In this document: positions 1 through 9,880 of the stretch, in pieces | Layout: each line of letters begins with the position of its first letter | How positions within the stretch are numbered: the stretch's first letter is position 1 | From: Gemmatimonadales bacterium | GTDB lineage: Bacteria > Gemmatimonadota > Gemmatimonadetes > Gemmatimonadales > Gemmatimonadaceae | Length of the DNA: 64,000 nucleotides | Assembly: GCA_039931395.1 (NCBI GenBank) | Contig: JBDTRZ010000004.1 | Span: 587 to 64,586, forward strand | Direction of reading: 5' to 3' | Translations under genes and position numbers: made by a program | Notes under the pieces: model-generated | What the model was told of the DNA's origin: nothing | What the model saw: the letters and a program-made list of their open reading frames with translations, nothing else | Databases searched by the model: none

Positions 1-1066
1 TCGCGCGAGTCACAGCCGCCCGCCAATGGGCCGTCACGAGCGAGAAGATGAGATAGAACCCGTTGAGCGCTCCCCAGATGACGAAAGTCCAGTTCGCGCC
101 ATGCCAGAGTCCGCTCAGCAGAAACGTGAGAAACAGATTCCAGTACCAGCGTGGCCCGGACACACGGTTGCCGCCCAGCGGGATGTAGACGTAATCCCGG
201 AACCAGCTCGACAGGGAGATGTGCCAGCGGCTCCAGAACTCGCCGATCGAGCGGGACAGGTACGGACGGTCGAAGTTCTTCATGAGCCGGAAACCCATGA
301 CCTCCGCGGCACCGATCGCCATCAGCGAGTATCCCGCGAAATCGCAGTAGATCTGGAAAGCGAAGAAAAGCGTCGCGAATACGAGGGTGAGACCTTCGAA
401 GCCGGTGGGATCGTTGTAAACCACGTTGACGTAGCGTGCGAGCCGATCGGCAATGACCACCTTCATGAAAAGACCGATCGCCATCTTCAGCAGACCGTCG
501 GTCACGCGCTCGTAGTCGAATGAGTGCTTCTCCCGGAACTGTGGCAGAAGATTCTGAGGCCGCTCGATGGGCCCGGCGACGAGCTGCGGAAAGAACATCA
601 CGTACAGCGCGTAGATCCCGAGGTTGCGCTCAGCCGGATAGCGGCCGCGATAAACCTCGATCGTATAGCTCATCGCCTGGAAGGTGTGGAACGACAGTCC
701 GATCGGAAGCACCAGACTGAGCGGTGCCAGGTCGTACGGCCAATGAAATACTTCGGCGATGGCGTGCGCGTTCGCGTTGAGAAAGTTGAAGTACTTGAAG
801 ACGGCCAGCACCCCGACGTTCGCGAAAATGCTCATCACCAGGTACCACTTTCGCTTCCGGCCCTGCGCGCCTTCGATCAGAATTCCCGCGACGTAGTCGA
901 TCGCGATCGTGAAGAACAGGATCAGGATGTAGACGGGAATGAACGCCATGTAGAAGTAGCAGCTCGCAGCGAGCAGCCACGCCCAGCGCCACCGGTGAGG
1001 CAGGACGAAATAGATCGTCGCCACCACCGGAAAGAAAATCAGGAAGGTGAATGAGTTGAAAAGCAT
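1..1066 (-). CDS. algI: MBOAT family O-acyltransferase (AlgI-like), 3' end runs off the window
   Basis: Manual minus-strand translation from ATG at 1066: MLFNSFTFLIFFPVVATIYF..., with LPIGLSFHTFQAMSYTIEVYRG and FFPQLVAGPIER motifs typical of AlgI. Not in the ORF track because it is truncated. Confidence 0.85.
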   Translation of the reverse strand, partial: MLFNSFTFLIFFPVVATIYFVLPHRWRWAWLLAASCYFYMAFIPVYILILFFTIAIDYVAGILIEGAQGRKRKWYLVMSIFANVGVLAVFKYFNFLNANAHAIAEVFHWPYDLAPLSLVLPIGLSFHTFQAMSYTIEVYRGRYPAERNLGIYALYVMFFPQLVAGPIERPQNLLPQFREKHSFDYERVTDGLLKMAIGLFMKVVIADRLARYVNVVYNDPTGFEGLTLVFATLFFAFQIYCDFAGYSLMAIGAAEVMGFRLMKNFDRPYLSRSIGEFWSRWHISLSSWFRDYVYIPLGGNRVSGPRWYWNLFLTFLLSGLWHGANWTFVIWGALNGFYLIFSLVTAHWRAAVTRA

Positions 1067-1091
1067 CGGCTGCGAATTAGGGCCCGCGAAG

Positions 1092-1145
1092 AATCTAACC
1101 ACCCGGCGCTCGCCATTCGTCAGCCGCAGGGCGCGGGGTTAGATT
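1092..1145. promoter_or_regulatory. Divergent promoter pair with two GGTTAGATT (-10-like TAGATT) elements
   Basis: aatcta at 1092-1097 (TAGATT on minus, toward algI); TAGATT at 1140-1145 is 8 nt before ATG 1154. Confidence 0.5.
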
Positions 1146-1153
1146 CGCGCGCG

Positions 1154-2350
1154 ATGATGTCGCATTCAACGCGCGCGCGGATTCTCGCCGCGGTGATCTC
1201 GATCGGTGCTGCGCTCGCCGCCCTTTATGGCCTCGAAGCGTTGTTCACAATCGCGAGCCCGGCGTGGATCGACAAACTGGGGACCACTCTCAGAAGGGGT
1301 CCGAACGTCCTGGACGAGACGAGGCGCATGCGCGCCGCGGGGATCTCGGCCTACCCATACCTTCAACCCGATACGTTCACCGACTCCGCACTGGTCAGGC
1401 TGAGGATCGCGGGCGACACGCTCGTCGCTCCGCTGGCGGGAATTCCCAGTGAGCTCACCATTCTCTGCACGGAGCGTGGGCCGACCGTCGGCTATCGCAG
1501 CGATTCCCTCGGCTTTCGCAATCCGGCTTGGGCGTGGGCACCCGAGCCGGATATCGCTCTGATCGGAGATTCCTTCGCGCAGGGATTCTGCGTGAGCGAG
1601 TCGGAGTCCGTCGCGGGTGGTCTGCGATCCGCGGGCTGGCGAACGGTCACAACGGGGCTTGCCGGCGCGGGACCCATCACCGAACTGGGGATCGTGCGCG
1701 AATACCTGCGGCCGCTCGAGCCGCGGCTTGTGCTATGGATGTTCTACGAGGGGAACGACCTGATCGACATCTGGTCGGAAAAGAAAACTCTGCTGGCGCG
1801 GTACCTGGATCCGTCGTTTTCGCAGAACCTCGCCGCCAGGGCGCCGCTTCTCCGCGAAGCGATGAAGACGTTCGCTGATTCCGCGATTCGCGCGCATCCC
1901 GCGCCTGGATTTGCCGACCATCTGCGCGCGTTTGTCACGCTGCGGCGGCTTCGGACGGCAACCGGGCTCAACAGGCAACCGACTCTCACGAAAAGCGCCG
2001 ACGAGAAGGGCGACCTGGAAACGATGCGCGAGGTCCTGTCCCAGGCGCAGAGCGATGTCGCCAGCTGGGGTGGAGAGCTGCGTCTCGTCTACCTGCCGGA
2101 ACGGCGGAGGTTCAACGCGCACACGGCACCCATAGCGGGAGAGAATCACGACCCCCGCGCGGTGCATCGAGACATTACAGCAATCGCCTCGGCGCTCGGC
2201 ATACCCGTGATCGATGTCGCGACGGCTTTCGCCCGGGAAGACAGTCCCAGCACGCTCTGGAACTCGAGGCGCCTTCATTACAACGCGAGAGGTTACAAGG
2301 CAGTGACCGAGGCGATCGTTTCGAGTCTGGCGAAGAATCACGGCAGGTGA
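1154..2350 (+). CDS. SGNH/GDSL hydrolase family protein (AlgJ/AlgX-like acetylation partner)
   Basis: N-terminal TM segment, GDSF block I, GND block III, C-terminal HYN; divergent from the MBOAT gene. Confidence 0.75.
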   Translation: MMSHSTRARILAAVISIGAALAALYGLEALFTIASPAWIDKLGTTLRRGPNVLDETRRMRAAGISAYPYLQPDTFTDSALVRLRIAGDTLVAPLAGIPSELTILCTERGPTVGYRSDSLGFRNPAWAWAPEPDIALIGDSFAQGFCVSESESVAGGLRSAGWRTVTTGLAGAGPITELGIVREYLRPLEPRLVLWMFYEGNDLIDIWSEKKTLLARYLDPSFSQNLAARAPLLREAMKTFADSAIRAHPAPGFADHLRAFVTLRRLRTATGLNRQPTLTKSADEKGDLETMREVLSQAQSDVASWGGELRLVYLPERRRFNAHTAPIAGENHDPRAVHRDITAIASALGIPVIDVATAFAREDSPSTLWNSRRLHYNARGYKAVTEAIVSSLAKNHGR

Positions 2351-2433
2351 GGGATTCCCGAGCAGGTGCTTTGCAGTTGACGCGCAACTAATTCGCAGGC
2401 GCGAAACAGAACTCCGGCGCCGCGGCAGGGGCT

Positions 2434-4275
2434 TCAACGTCTTCGCGCAAGCACGTACACCCTCGTGTCTCGATACTCCCGGCGAAAGCGGCTCGTGTAG
2501 AGTCGCTCGTCGAACGATCTCACGGGAATGAGATCTTTCGACACGACCGCCTCCATGACCGCATTCCGCATCTCGCGTCCGCCCGCGAAGTCCGACCAGT
2601 CGCGGTCCTCGTAGATCACGTAGGAGTATCTGTCGCGGTCGAGCATTGACGACAGGGCGCGTCCTGTAGCAGTGCGTGGCCAGTCTACGACTCCGCTTAG
2701 CCAGGGGTCGGCACGCCTGTAAGGCCGGTCGAGATAATAAGTCTGCGCAGACGAGACGATGACGAGGAAGTGGTCGTTCCTCGGCGTCGAGCGGTTCACC
2801 CACTGGAACACCGAATAGAACCAGGTGAATCGATGATACTCCCGCTCGTCGCCCGTCACGGCGAAGCGAATGCTGTCGCGCGTGACGAAGGCCGTCAGGA
2901 TGATCCCGGTGATCAAACCGACGGTCGAGAGATAGCTCAGCCCACGTTCGGGGGCGAGTCTGGTCATCCGTGTCGCCAACAGCAAGCCAACCGCAAGCAC
3001 GGTAATTGGGACCATCAGCAGGATGAAGCGCGGATAAAGAAGTGGCTGCATCGTGAGCCAGAGCACGAAAAACACGACACCGACTCTTCCGAGCCGCTGA
3101 AGCGGTTTGATTCGTGAGAACACCGCCAGGAACACTGAACCGATGATGACGATCGGAACCGGAAAGAAAACCGGATTTGTGAACAGTGTCCTGAGCGATT
3201 CGGCGATTGCGGCCGGATCGTGGCTTCCGGTCAGCGACCGCGAGTACATCGACGCGACATAATCAGCGAAGCTCGCGGTGCCCTCGGGGTTGTCGATCAT
3301 CAACGGCCAGACAGGATTTCCGAAAGCCCGGAAATTGGTGATGTAGAATGGCGATGCCAGCGCTACAGCTGTGGCGGAGCCCACAGCAAATGCGACGAGG
3401 TCGCGTCTCCAGTGCGGTCTGCGGACAATCACGAAGATGGCAACGAAAGTTGCGGCGACTCCCATCGCCGCCAGCTGGTATCGGCTTTGAATGCCGATCC
3501 AGCTCACGAACCCGAGCATCGCCGGATGTGACGATTCTTCGCCCAGCCGCATGATCAAGAGGCAGATCGTGAAAACCGCGATGATCGCGTAGGCGTCAGC
3601 GGTCGGCTCCGCGAACACGCGCGCAACACCGGGATGAAAAAGAATCAGCAGGGGAACCGCTGCGATGGGAGGCGGCACTCCGCGACTGCGCATGGCTCTC
3701 AGGATGCCGCAGCACAGCAAGAGAAACAGAACCACTCCGACGAGCGCGGCACCCTGAGGCAGACCGATCAGCTCGAATGGGAGGAAGGACAGCGACCATC
3801 CGAACGGAAGCGCGTAGTGGTAGTCGGAGATGGTCTGCCATCCACCGTCGCGGATGATCTGCCGGATATGGGCGAGGTGGTAACGCATCGCGTCGGCGGT
3901 GCGCGGCGGAGCGATTGCACTCAGCCAGAGCACGACACCCATGCCGATGATTGCAGCTCGCGCAGACCAGTGCAGTGTTCGGTCTGTCAATGGCGCGAGT
4001 GCGGCGCGCAGGATGCGCAACGTTCGCTTGCGTCGAGCAACGAGTGCTGCTGCGATGACAACGAGTACGACGACGACTCCGCTGTGCACCAGCCCGTTCC
4101 GCGTCACCAAAGCAAGGGCGAATCCCGACACGCCACTGCCGATGACCACTGCGACCGGAGCAGCGGCCTCATCGTCGTCGGCAGTGCCGCCAAGCAAAAA
4201 AGAGCCGACCGCGACCCAGCCGCCGACGAGTGCAAACGCACACACCGTTGCGACGAGCCCGAGAGCAACTGGCAT
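2434..4275 (-). CDS. Polytopic membrane protein, probable GT-C fold glycosyltransferase (ArnT/DUF1420-like)
   Basis: Many TM helices, PPRTADAMRYHL loop, FGNPVWP motif, C-terminal extracytoplasmic domain. Confidence 0.6.
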   Translation of the reverse strand: MPVALGLVATVCAFALVGGWVAVGSFLLGGTADDDEAAAPVAVVIGSGVSGFALALVTRNGLVHSGVVVVLVVIAAALVARRKRTLRILRAALAPLTDRTLHWSARAAIIGMGVVLWLSAIAPPRTADAMRYHLAHIRQIIRDGGWQTISDYHYALPFGWSLSFLPFELIGLPQGAALVGVVLFLLLCCGILRAMRSRGVPPPIAAVPLLILFHPGVARVFAEPTADAYAIIAVFTICLLIMRLGEESSHPAMLGFVSWIGIQSRYQLAAMGVAATFVAIFVIVRRPHWRRDLVAFAVGSATAVALASPFYITNFRAFGNPVWPLMIDNPEGTASFADYVASMYSRSLTGSHDPAAIAESLRTLFTNPVFFPVPIVIIGSVFLAVFSRIKPLQRLGRVGVVFFVLWLTMQPLLYPRFILLMVPITVLAVGLLLATRMTRLAPERGLSYLSTVGLITGIILTAFVTRDSIRFAVTGDEREYHRFTWFYSVFQWVNRSTPRNDHFLVIVSSAQTYYLDRPYRRADPWLSGVVDWPRTATGRALSSMLDRDRYSYVIYEDRDWSDFAGGREMRNAVMEAVVSKDLIPVRSFDERLYTSRFRREYRDTRVYVLARRR

Positions 4276-4433
4276 CGGGCTCAGGTGAGCCCTCTCGCCG
4301 ATGACTGGTGACGTGAATCGGTCAATGTTTTCTCCGCGGGAATTTCAAGCTCGCGCGGCTATCACCGCCGCCCGGCGTCACGCAAATTAGACCGCCTCGT
4401 GCGACCACACACAATCCCGATGAGCCTCAGTCG

Positions 4434-5444
4434 ATGACAGACGAACGCCAATCCGACAATTCCGGCCCGCGAAAGCGCGCATTGATCTGCGGCGTATCGG
4501 GACAGGATGGCGCGTACCTCGCCCGGCTCCTTCTGTCCAGGGGATACGAAGTGTTCGGAACTTCGCGCGACGCACAGATGTCGTCGTTCGCGAACCTCCG
4601 CCGGCTCGGACTGGTCGGCCAGGTTGCGCTCGAATCAATGGCCGTCACTGATTTCCGCAGCGTCCTCCAGGCTCTCCGCAAGACGATGCCGGACGAGGTC
4701 TACAATCTCGCGGGCCAGAGCTCGGTCGGACTCTCTTTCCAGCAGCCGGTGGAGACGCTCGAGAGCATCGGCCTCGGCACCCTCAACCTTCTCGAAGCCA
4801 TCAGGTTCGTCGATCGCCCCGTCCGATTCTACAATGCGGGGTCGAGCGAATCATTCGGCGATACAAACGGCGAGGCCGCCACCGAGACCACACCGTTCAG
4901 GCCTCGCAGCCCGTACGCAGTGGCGAAGGCGGCCGCATTCTGGGAGGTCGCGAACTATCGCGAAGCGTACGGACTGTACGCATGCTCGGGAATTCTGTAC
5001 AACCACGAATCGCCGCTGCGCCCCGAGCGTTTCGTGACACGGAAGATCGTGGCCGCCGCTTCTCGCATCGCGGCGGGAAGCGGCGAGACGCTTCGCCTCG
5101 GCAATCTCCGGATCGAGCGTGACTGGGGATGGGCACCGGAGTATGTCGAAGCGATGTGGCTGATGCTCCAGCAGTCGGAGCCGGACGACTTCGTTATCGC
5201 CACCGGGCAGCTGAATCCTCTCGAGCGTTTCGTCGACCTTGCATTCAGCGAGCTTGGGCTCGACTGGAAGGAGCACGTGGAGATCGATTCCGCATTCCTC
5301 CGCCCGACGGATTTGCGGCGGGGCCTCGGCGATCCGACTCGTGCGGCCGAGAAGCTCGGTTGGAGAGCGCACTATCGAATGAAGGACGTGGTCAGAATGA
5401 TGCTGGAGGGGGAAAAAAAGCTGGCGGCCGGCGACAGACTCTAG
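4434..5444 (+). CDS. gmd: GDP-mannose 4,6-dehydratase
   Basis: GVSGQDGAYLA, NLAGQSSV, PRSPYAVAK, NHESPLR, RDWGWAPEYV motifs. Confidence 0.93.
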   Translation: MTDERQSDNSGPRKRALICGVSGQDGAYLARLLLSRGYEVFGTSRDAQMSSFANLRRLGLVGQVALESMAVTDFRSVLQALRKTMPDEVYNLAGQSSVGLSFQQPVETLESIGLGTLNLLEAIRFVDRPVRFYNAGSSESFGDTNGEAATETTPFRPRSPYAVAKAAAFWEVANYREAYGLYACSGILYNHESPLRPERFVTRKIVAAASRIAAGSGETLRLGNLRIERDWGWAPEYVEAMWLMLQQSEPDDFVIATGQLNPLERFVDLAFSELGLDWKEHVEIDSAFLRPTDLRRGLGDPTRAAEKLGWRAHYRMKDVVRMMLEGEKKLAAGDRL

Positions 5445-5461
5445 TCGCTCGGAATCCGTGC

Positions 5462-6244
5462 CTACTTACCGAACACTTTTCGCCAGAACCCGAGCTGCAC
5501 TTCCTCGAGCGGCTCGACTGGAAGTGGCAGCTCGGAGCGCAATATCCTTTCGGGATTCGTGACGGTGAGAAGCCGGTGCTGCGCCGAGCCTCCGCGTTCG
5601 TCGAATGCGGCCTGGGCGGCCTTGATCGCGCAGCGGCCGCGAGCGTGGTAATCGCTGCACATGTAATCGGCGAACCCTCGCTCGACGATCAACCATGCGA
5701 GCCGCTTCGCGGTGGACCCGTACTGCCCGACGAACGACCCTGAATTGACCTGGATGGATGCCCCTGCATCCCGCCAGCTCTCCACCAGCTCGAACCGCCC
5801 CGCCATGTTCGAGTATCGCTCCGGATGGGCGATGACGGGATTCAGCCCGCTGGCGCGAATCTCCCGAATCGCGACAGCGCTATTTGGCGGTATGCTCATG
5901 TAAGGGAACTCGAGCAGCACGAAGGTGCTTCCTGCCAGACGCAGGCGAGGATCGCTGACGTCAGGAGCCGGAAGGTCCAGCATCATCTCGACCCCTCTCT
6001 CGATTCGCAGCTCGGGGAACTCCCGCGTTGTCAGGTCCTCGAGCGCGGAGAACGCCGAATCGAGGAGTCCCAGATAACGCTCGAGCTCCCGTGGCTTGTC
6101 AGTCAGGGAGCCGCGGATATGGGGAGTCGTTATTATCGTGCTGACCCCCTGCTCCCGCATAACGGCAAGGCCGGCGCGCGACTCATCGAGGTCGGCGGCG
6201 CCGTCGTCGACACCAGGCATCAGGTGGTTGTGGAAATCAAGCAT
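5462..6244 (-). CDS. PHP-family tyrosine-protein phosphatase (CpsB/CapC/YwqE type)
   Basis: MLDFHNHLMPGVDDG, TPH, AHPERY, SDYH motifs. Likely start is ATG 6244; the upstream part of the 623-aa ORF is antisense to the GT2 gene. Confidence 0.88.
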   Translation of the reverse strand: MLDFHNHLMPGVDDGAADLDESRAGLAVMREQGVSTIITTPHIRGSLTDKPRELERYLGLLDSAFSALEDLTTREFPELRIERGVEMMLDLPAPDVSDPRLRLAGSTFVLLEFPYMSIPPNSAVAIREIRASGLNPVIAHPERYSNMAGRFELVESWRDAGASIQVNSGSFVGQYGSTAKRLAWLIVERGFADYMCSDYHARGRCAIKAAQAAFDERGGSAQHRLLTVTNPERILRSELPLPVEPLEEVQLGFWRKVFGK

Positions 6245-6270
6245 CCGATACGAATCTAAACCGGTGCACG

Positions 6271-6286
6271 TGGCGAGCCTCATGCA
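6271..6286 (+). promoter_or_regulatory. Candidate sigma-54 promoter for the 6.4-17.7 kb operon
   Basis: TGGCGAGCCTCATGCA has GG-N10-GC spacing and is an imperfect match to TGGCAC-N5-TTGC. Confidence 0.35.
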
Positions 6287-6394
6287 ATGGTATTCGTGGC
6301 AGGGGCGGGCACGTGCACCTATCTTATGTTTCTCGTCGCCGCACCTCGCCGTCGAGCGCTTCCTAACTTTGGCAACTTCCAGCAGGAGTCCGTC

Positions 6395-7360
6395 ATTCCG
6401 GCCGACACCGTGAGCTCTGCGGCAGGCTCTTCCGACATACCGAGCTGCTCGGTCGTGATCCCGACCCACAGGCGCCCGGACGATCTCGAACGGTGCCTGA
6501 GCGCGATTGCGGAACAGGACTATCGGCGCTTCGACGTGATCGTCGTGGACAACTCCGCCGGCGATTCCGAAACGCGAGAAGTCGCCAAACGCTGGAAGGC
6601 GCGTTACGTCACCGAGACCAAACGGGGGCTGTGCCGCGCGCGAAATCGGGGTGCGCTCGTTTCCTCGGCGGACATCATCGCATACCTGGACGACGATTCC
6701 ATTCCCGAGCCGAACTGGCTCGCCGGTCTGGCGAACGAGTTTCGCGACCCCGACGTGATGGGCGTAGGCGGGAAGACGGTTCCGCTCAGGATCGTCACCG
6801 ATTCGGAGCGACTCTTCGCGCAGGTGAGAGGCGGAGCGTACAACCGCCCTGCACCGCTGGTGGTCGATCGCAACACCCCCTACTGGTTCGAGATCTGTGG
6901 CTTCGGAGGAATCGGAGCGGGCTGCAACATGGCTGTACGGCGCGCGGCGTTCGAGGTCTGGCCGGGATTCCACGAGCGCACGGACCGCGGCACACCCGTC
7001 TACGGCGGCGGCGAGCAGCACGCGTTCTTCTCTCTGGTCGACCGTGGATTCAAGGTGTGCTACACCCCGCACGCCGTCGTGAGGCACCCGTTCCCACCGA
7101 CGATGGACATGCTGAAGCGCCGCTACCTTCATGACCTGACCGCAAGCACAGCGTATTTCACGATGCTTCTCGTCGAGGAAACCGGGCACCGCCGCTCGAC
7201 GATGCGTTACCTGTGGGAAGCGATTCGCGGAAAGGAGCGCACCTGGCGCGGCGACGTCACCCCGCGGCCCAAGGTCGTCTCGCGCCTCAGCACCACCTTC
7301 GCTCTGCTGCTGGGTCCGGTGCGCTACATTCAAGGCGTGCTGCTGAACACACCGAACTAG
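6395..7360 (+). CDS. Glycosyltransferase family 2
   Basis: SVVIPT, VIVVDN, ARNRG, YLDDD, GCNMAVRR motifs. Start uncertain (6287, ATT 6395 after AGGAG, or GTG 6410). Confidence 0.88.
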   Translation: MPADTVSSAAGSSDIPSCSVVIPTHRRPDDLERCLSAIAEQDYRRFDVIVVDNSAGDSETREVAKRWKARYVTETKRGLCRARNRGALVSSADIIAYLDDDSIPEPNWLAGLANEFRDPDVMGVGGKTVPLRIVTDSERLFAQVRGGAYNRPAPLVVDRNTPYWFEICGFGGIGAGCNMAVRRAAFEVWPGFHERTDRGTPVYGGGEQHAFFSLVDRGFKVCYTPHAVVRHPFPPTMDMLKRRYLHDLTASTAYFTMLLVEETGHRRSTMRYLWEAIRGKERTWRGDVTPRPKVVSRLSTTFALLLGPVRYIQGVLLNTPN

Positions 7361-7383
7361 AGCGAGTGGTTCCGAAGCGCGGC

Positions 7384-8109
7384 ATGGCGCTCGTGCGTGA
7401 AAAGCTCAAGCAGGTTCCCGGCATTCGCAGCACCTACTATCTGTCCATGGTCGTCGCTCAGATGGCCGCCGACAGGTGGCGCAAGCCTGCATCGTTCGAC
7501 GAGATCTTCCGAGCCACGCCCGATCCGTGGCAGTCCGGCAGCGAGGCTGAGCGCGAGCGGTTTGCGTTGACTCTGTCCATGCTGCGCGCGTCGGGGGAGG
7601 ACACGTTCGACACGGCGGTCGAGCTCGGATGCGCCGAGGGAATCTTCACGGAGATGCTGGCACCTCTCTGCACACGTCTGCTCGCACTCGATTTTTCCAG
7701 GGTGGCACTGGATCGCGCGCAACAGCGGCTCACCCACTTTCCCGGCGTCACGTTCCAGCGCTGGGACATGCGCAGGCAGCCGTTGCCGGGACCTTTCGAT
7801 CTGGTGGCGGCGATGGGAGTCGTGACATCGCTCAACCGTCCAGTGGATGTGCGACGCGTTCTCGAAATGATCGTGCGCGCCATGAAGCCTGGCGGGTTCC
7901 TGATCTTCTCTGACGTCAGGCAATCGAAGGTGTTCGAGGATGCCTGGTGGGGACGTTTCATGCTGCGGGGCGGCGAGCAGATACGGCGGCTATTCACGCG
8001 ACACCGGGAGCTGGAGCTTCTATCCAGTGCCGACACACCCAGTCACGTTTTCGCACTGTTCCGCCGCTCGCTTCATTCGGCTCCGAGAGAGACGAGGCAT
8101 CCACGATGA
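7384..8109 (+). CDS. Class I SAM-dependent methyltransferase, NodS-like
   Basis: DPWQ..SEAERERF, ELGCAEGIFTEMLAPLC, LDFS motifs resemble NodS. Confidence 0.75.
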   Translation: MALVREKLKQVPGIRSTYYLSMVVAQMAADRWRKPASFDEIFRATPDPWQSGSEAERERFALTLSMLRASGEDTFDTAVELGCAEGIFTEMLAPLCTRLLALDFSRVALDRAQQRLTHFPGVTFQRWDMRRQPLPGPFDLVAAMGVVTSLNRPVDVRRVLEMIVRAMKPGGFLIFSDVRQSKVFEDAWWGRFMLRGGEQIRRLFTRHRELELLSSADTPSHVFALFRRSLHSAPRETRHPR

Positions 8110-9104
8110 TTCAATCGTCCCTGGACAGCTCCACCTCTGAGCCCCTCGTGTCGGTCGTGATAGTCGCGCACGACAACTGGCCGGATCTCGAGCTTGCAGT
8201 GGAAAGCGCGCTGTGCCAGTCGTGGAAGCGGCTCGAGGTCATCGTGGTCGACAACGACTCGGCCGACGCGACGCCGGCCGAGATCGCGAGCCGGTACGGC
8301 GCGAGAGTCCGATATGTGCGCCAGGCGAACAAGCTCGATGGAGGCGGCTACAACCGCGGCATCGCCGAATCGAACGGCGACTACGTGCAGCTCCTCGACG
8401 GTGACGATTTTCTCGCCCCGAACAAGATTGCCCGTCAGCTTGAGACATTCCTCGAGCATCCCGACGCCGACATCGTCTATGGAGACGTGCGTCAGTTTCA
8501 AGGGCAGGCCGGACGCCCGCAATGGTCAGACTGGGACACGCGGGCTCACACCGATATGCTGGCGACACTGATAAGCCCCGCCGGCGCTGGGGCGGGCCTC
8601 GTACCGCATTCGGCCCTTTTTCGCCGAAGCGCACTTGATAGAGTCGGACCATGGGACGAGTCGCTCGTCGGAGCGGATATGGACTTCTGGTTGCGGGCAT
8701 CGTGGGCCGGATGCGTCTTCGTGTATTCGCCCGGTTCATGGTGTTTTCACAGGCGCAGACCTTCCCAGATGAGCGCCGACGCTTCCGCGATGGTCAATCG
8801 GACAGTGACGACGCTCGAAAAGGCACTCATCTACATAGACAGGGAACCGTACCGGTCGATGACGAGGTCACGCCTGGCCGGCCTCTATTACGGTTCGGCC
8901 ATGACAGACTTGCGTCTCGACCGCTGGGCCGCGCTCGCCGCGCTTCGCTCGGCGCGCGACCTCGATCCACGGAAGGTGTCTGCGCTGCCCTTCGCAATCG
9001 GCGTTACCGCTGCCTCCATACCGGGGGCCCGGCGCGTGCTCAAGGCGCGTCCGTTCAGGGCGATCCGCCGCGCCGTCGCGCGATCGCTCGGCGTGCTCGA
9101 CTGA
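8106..9104 (+). CDS. Glycosyltransferase family 2
   Basis: VSVVIV, EVIVVDNDS, LDGDD; ATGA overlap with the upstream stop. Confidence 0.88.
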   Translation: MIQSSLDSSTSEPLVSVVIVAHDNWPDLELAVESALCQSWKRLEVIVVDNDSADATPAEIASRYGARVRYVRQANKLDGGGYNRGIAESNGDYVQLLDGDDFLAPNKIARQLETFLEHPDADIVYGDVRQFQGQAGRPQWSDWDTRAHTDMLATLISPAGAGAGLVPHSALFRRSALDRVGPWDESLVGADMDFWLRASWAGCVFVYSPGSWCFHRRRPSQMSADASAMVNRTVTTLEKALIYIDREPYRSMTRSRLAGLYYGSAMTDLRLDRWAALAALRSARDLDPRKVSALPFAIGVTAASIPGARRVLKARPFRAIRRAVARSLGVLD

Positions 9105-9880
9105 TGCAGTCGTCGGGTCAGGTTGCCGCACTCCTGTATCATCACGTCGGTCCGGTCACCGAGCCGGCGTGCATGGGACTCACGGTGACACCGGAGGCCT
9201 TCTCGCGTCAGATGTCAACGCTGGTGGCGCTCGGGTGGAATGCTATCACGCCCGAGGAGTGGGCCGCGCATGTACGAGGCGAACGGGACATGCCGTCCCG
9301 AACGGTGATGATAACGTTCGATGACGCCTACGCCGATCTCGCGGAGCACGCGTTGCCGGTCCTGGCGAAGCATTCGCTCCCATCGACTGTATTTGTTCCA
9401 ACATCGCTCGTCGGAAAGACGATTCCCTGCAACCCTCGCTCTCCGGCTGCGTCGCTTCCACTGATGTCAGCTTCGCAGATACGGGAATGGGCGGACCGGG
9501 GCGTATCGTTCGGCGCCCATTCGCGGACGCACGCTGATCTCACGACCTTGGACGCGGCGCAGCTCGACGCGGAGGTCATCGGCAGCCGCGACGATCTCGT
9601 CGCGCTGACAGGCCGGGCAGTTACAGCATTCGCCTACCCGTACGGCAAGCTCGATCCGGCGGTGCATGATGTGGTCGCGCAATCGTACGATGTGGCGTTC
9701 ACCATCGACGAAGGCCTGAACGATCGTGAGACACCGCTTGCGGCACTTCGTCGAACGATGGTGCAGCACGGTGATTCGGTGGTTGACGTCTGCCTGAGGG
9801 CGCGCTACGGCAAGAGTGTTCTGCAGTCGATTCGGAACGTCGCTCGCGGAGGAACGCGGCCGGAACCCGCTCGCTCTTGA
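9104..9880 (+). CDS. Polysaccharide deacetylase (CE4/NodB homology)
   Basis: LLYHHV, ITFDDAY, GAHSRTH, FAYPYG motifs; TGATG coupling at 9102-9106. Confidence 0.9.
   Translation: MQSSGQVAALLYHHVGPVTEPACMGLTVTPEAFSRQMSTLVALGWNAITPEEWAAHVRGERDMPSRTVMITFDDAYADLAEHALPVLAKHSLPSTVFVPTSLVGKTIPCNPRSPAASLPLMSASQIREWADRGVSFGAHSRTHADLTTLDAAQLDAEVIGSRDDLVALTGRAVTAFAYPYGKLDPAVHDVVAQSYDVAFTIDEGLNDRETPLAALRRTMVQHGDSVVDVCLRARYGKSVLQSIRNVARGGTRPEPARS

Noticed and set aside
26-1054. Plus-strand ORFs of 165 and 176 aa
   Set aside because: Antisense to the truncated algI-like gene.
6245-7333. Apparent 360-aa N-terminal fusion on the PHP phosphatase
   Set aside because: It is the antisense frame of the GT2 gene, and a -10 element sits 8 nt before ATG 6244.
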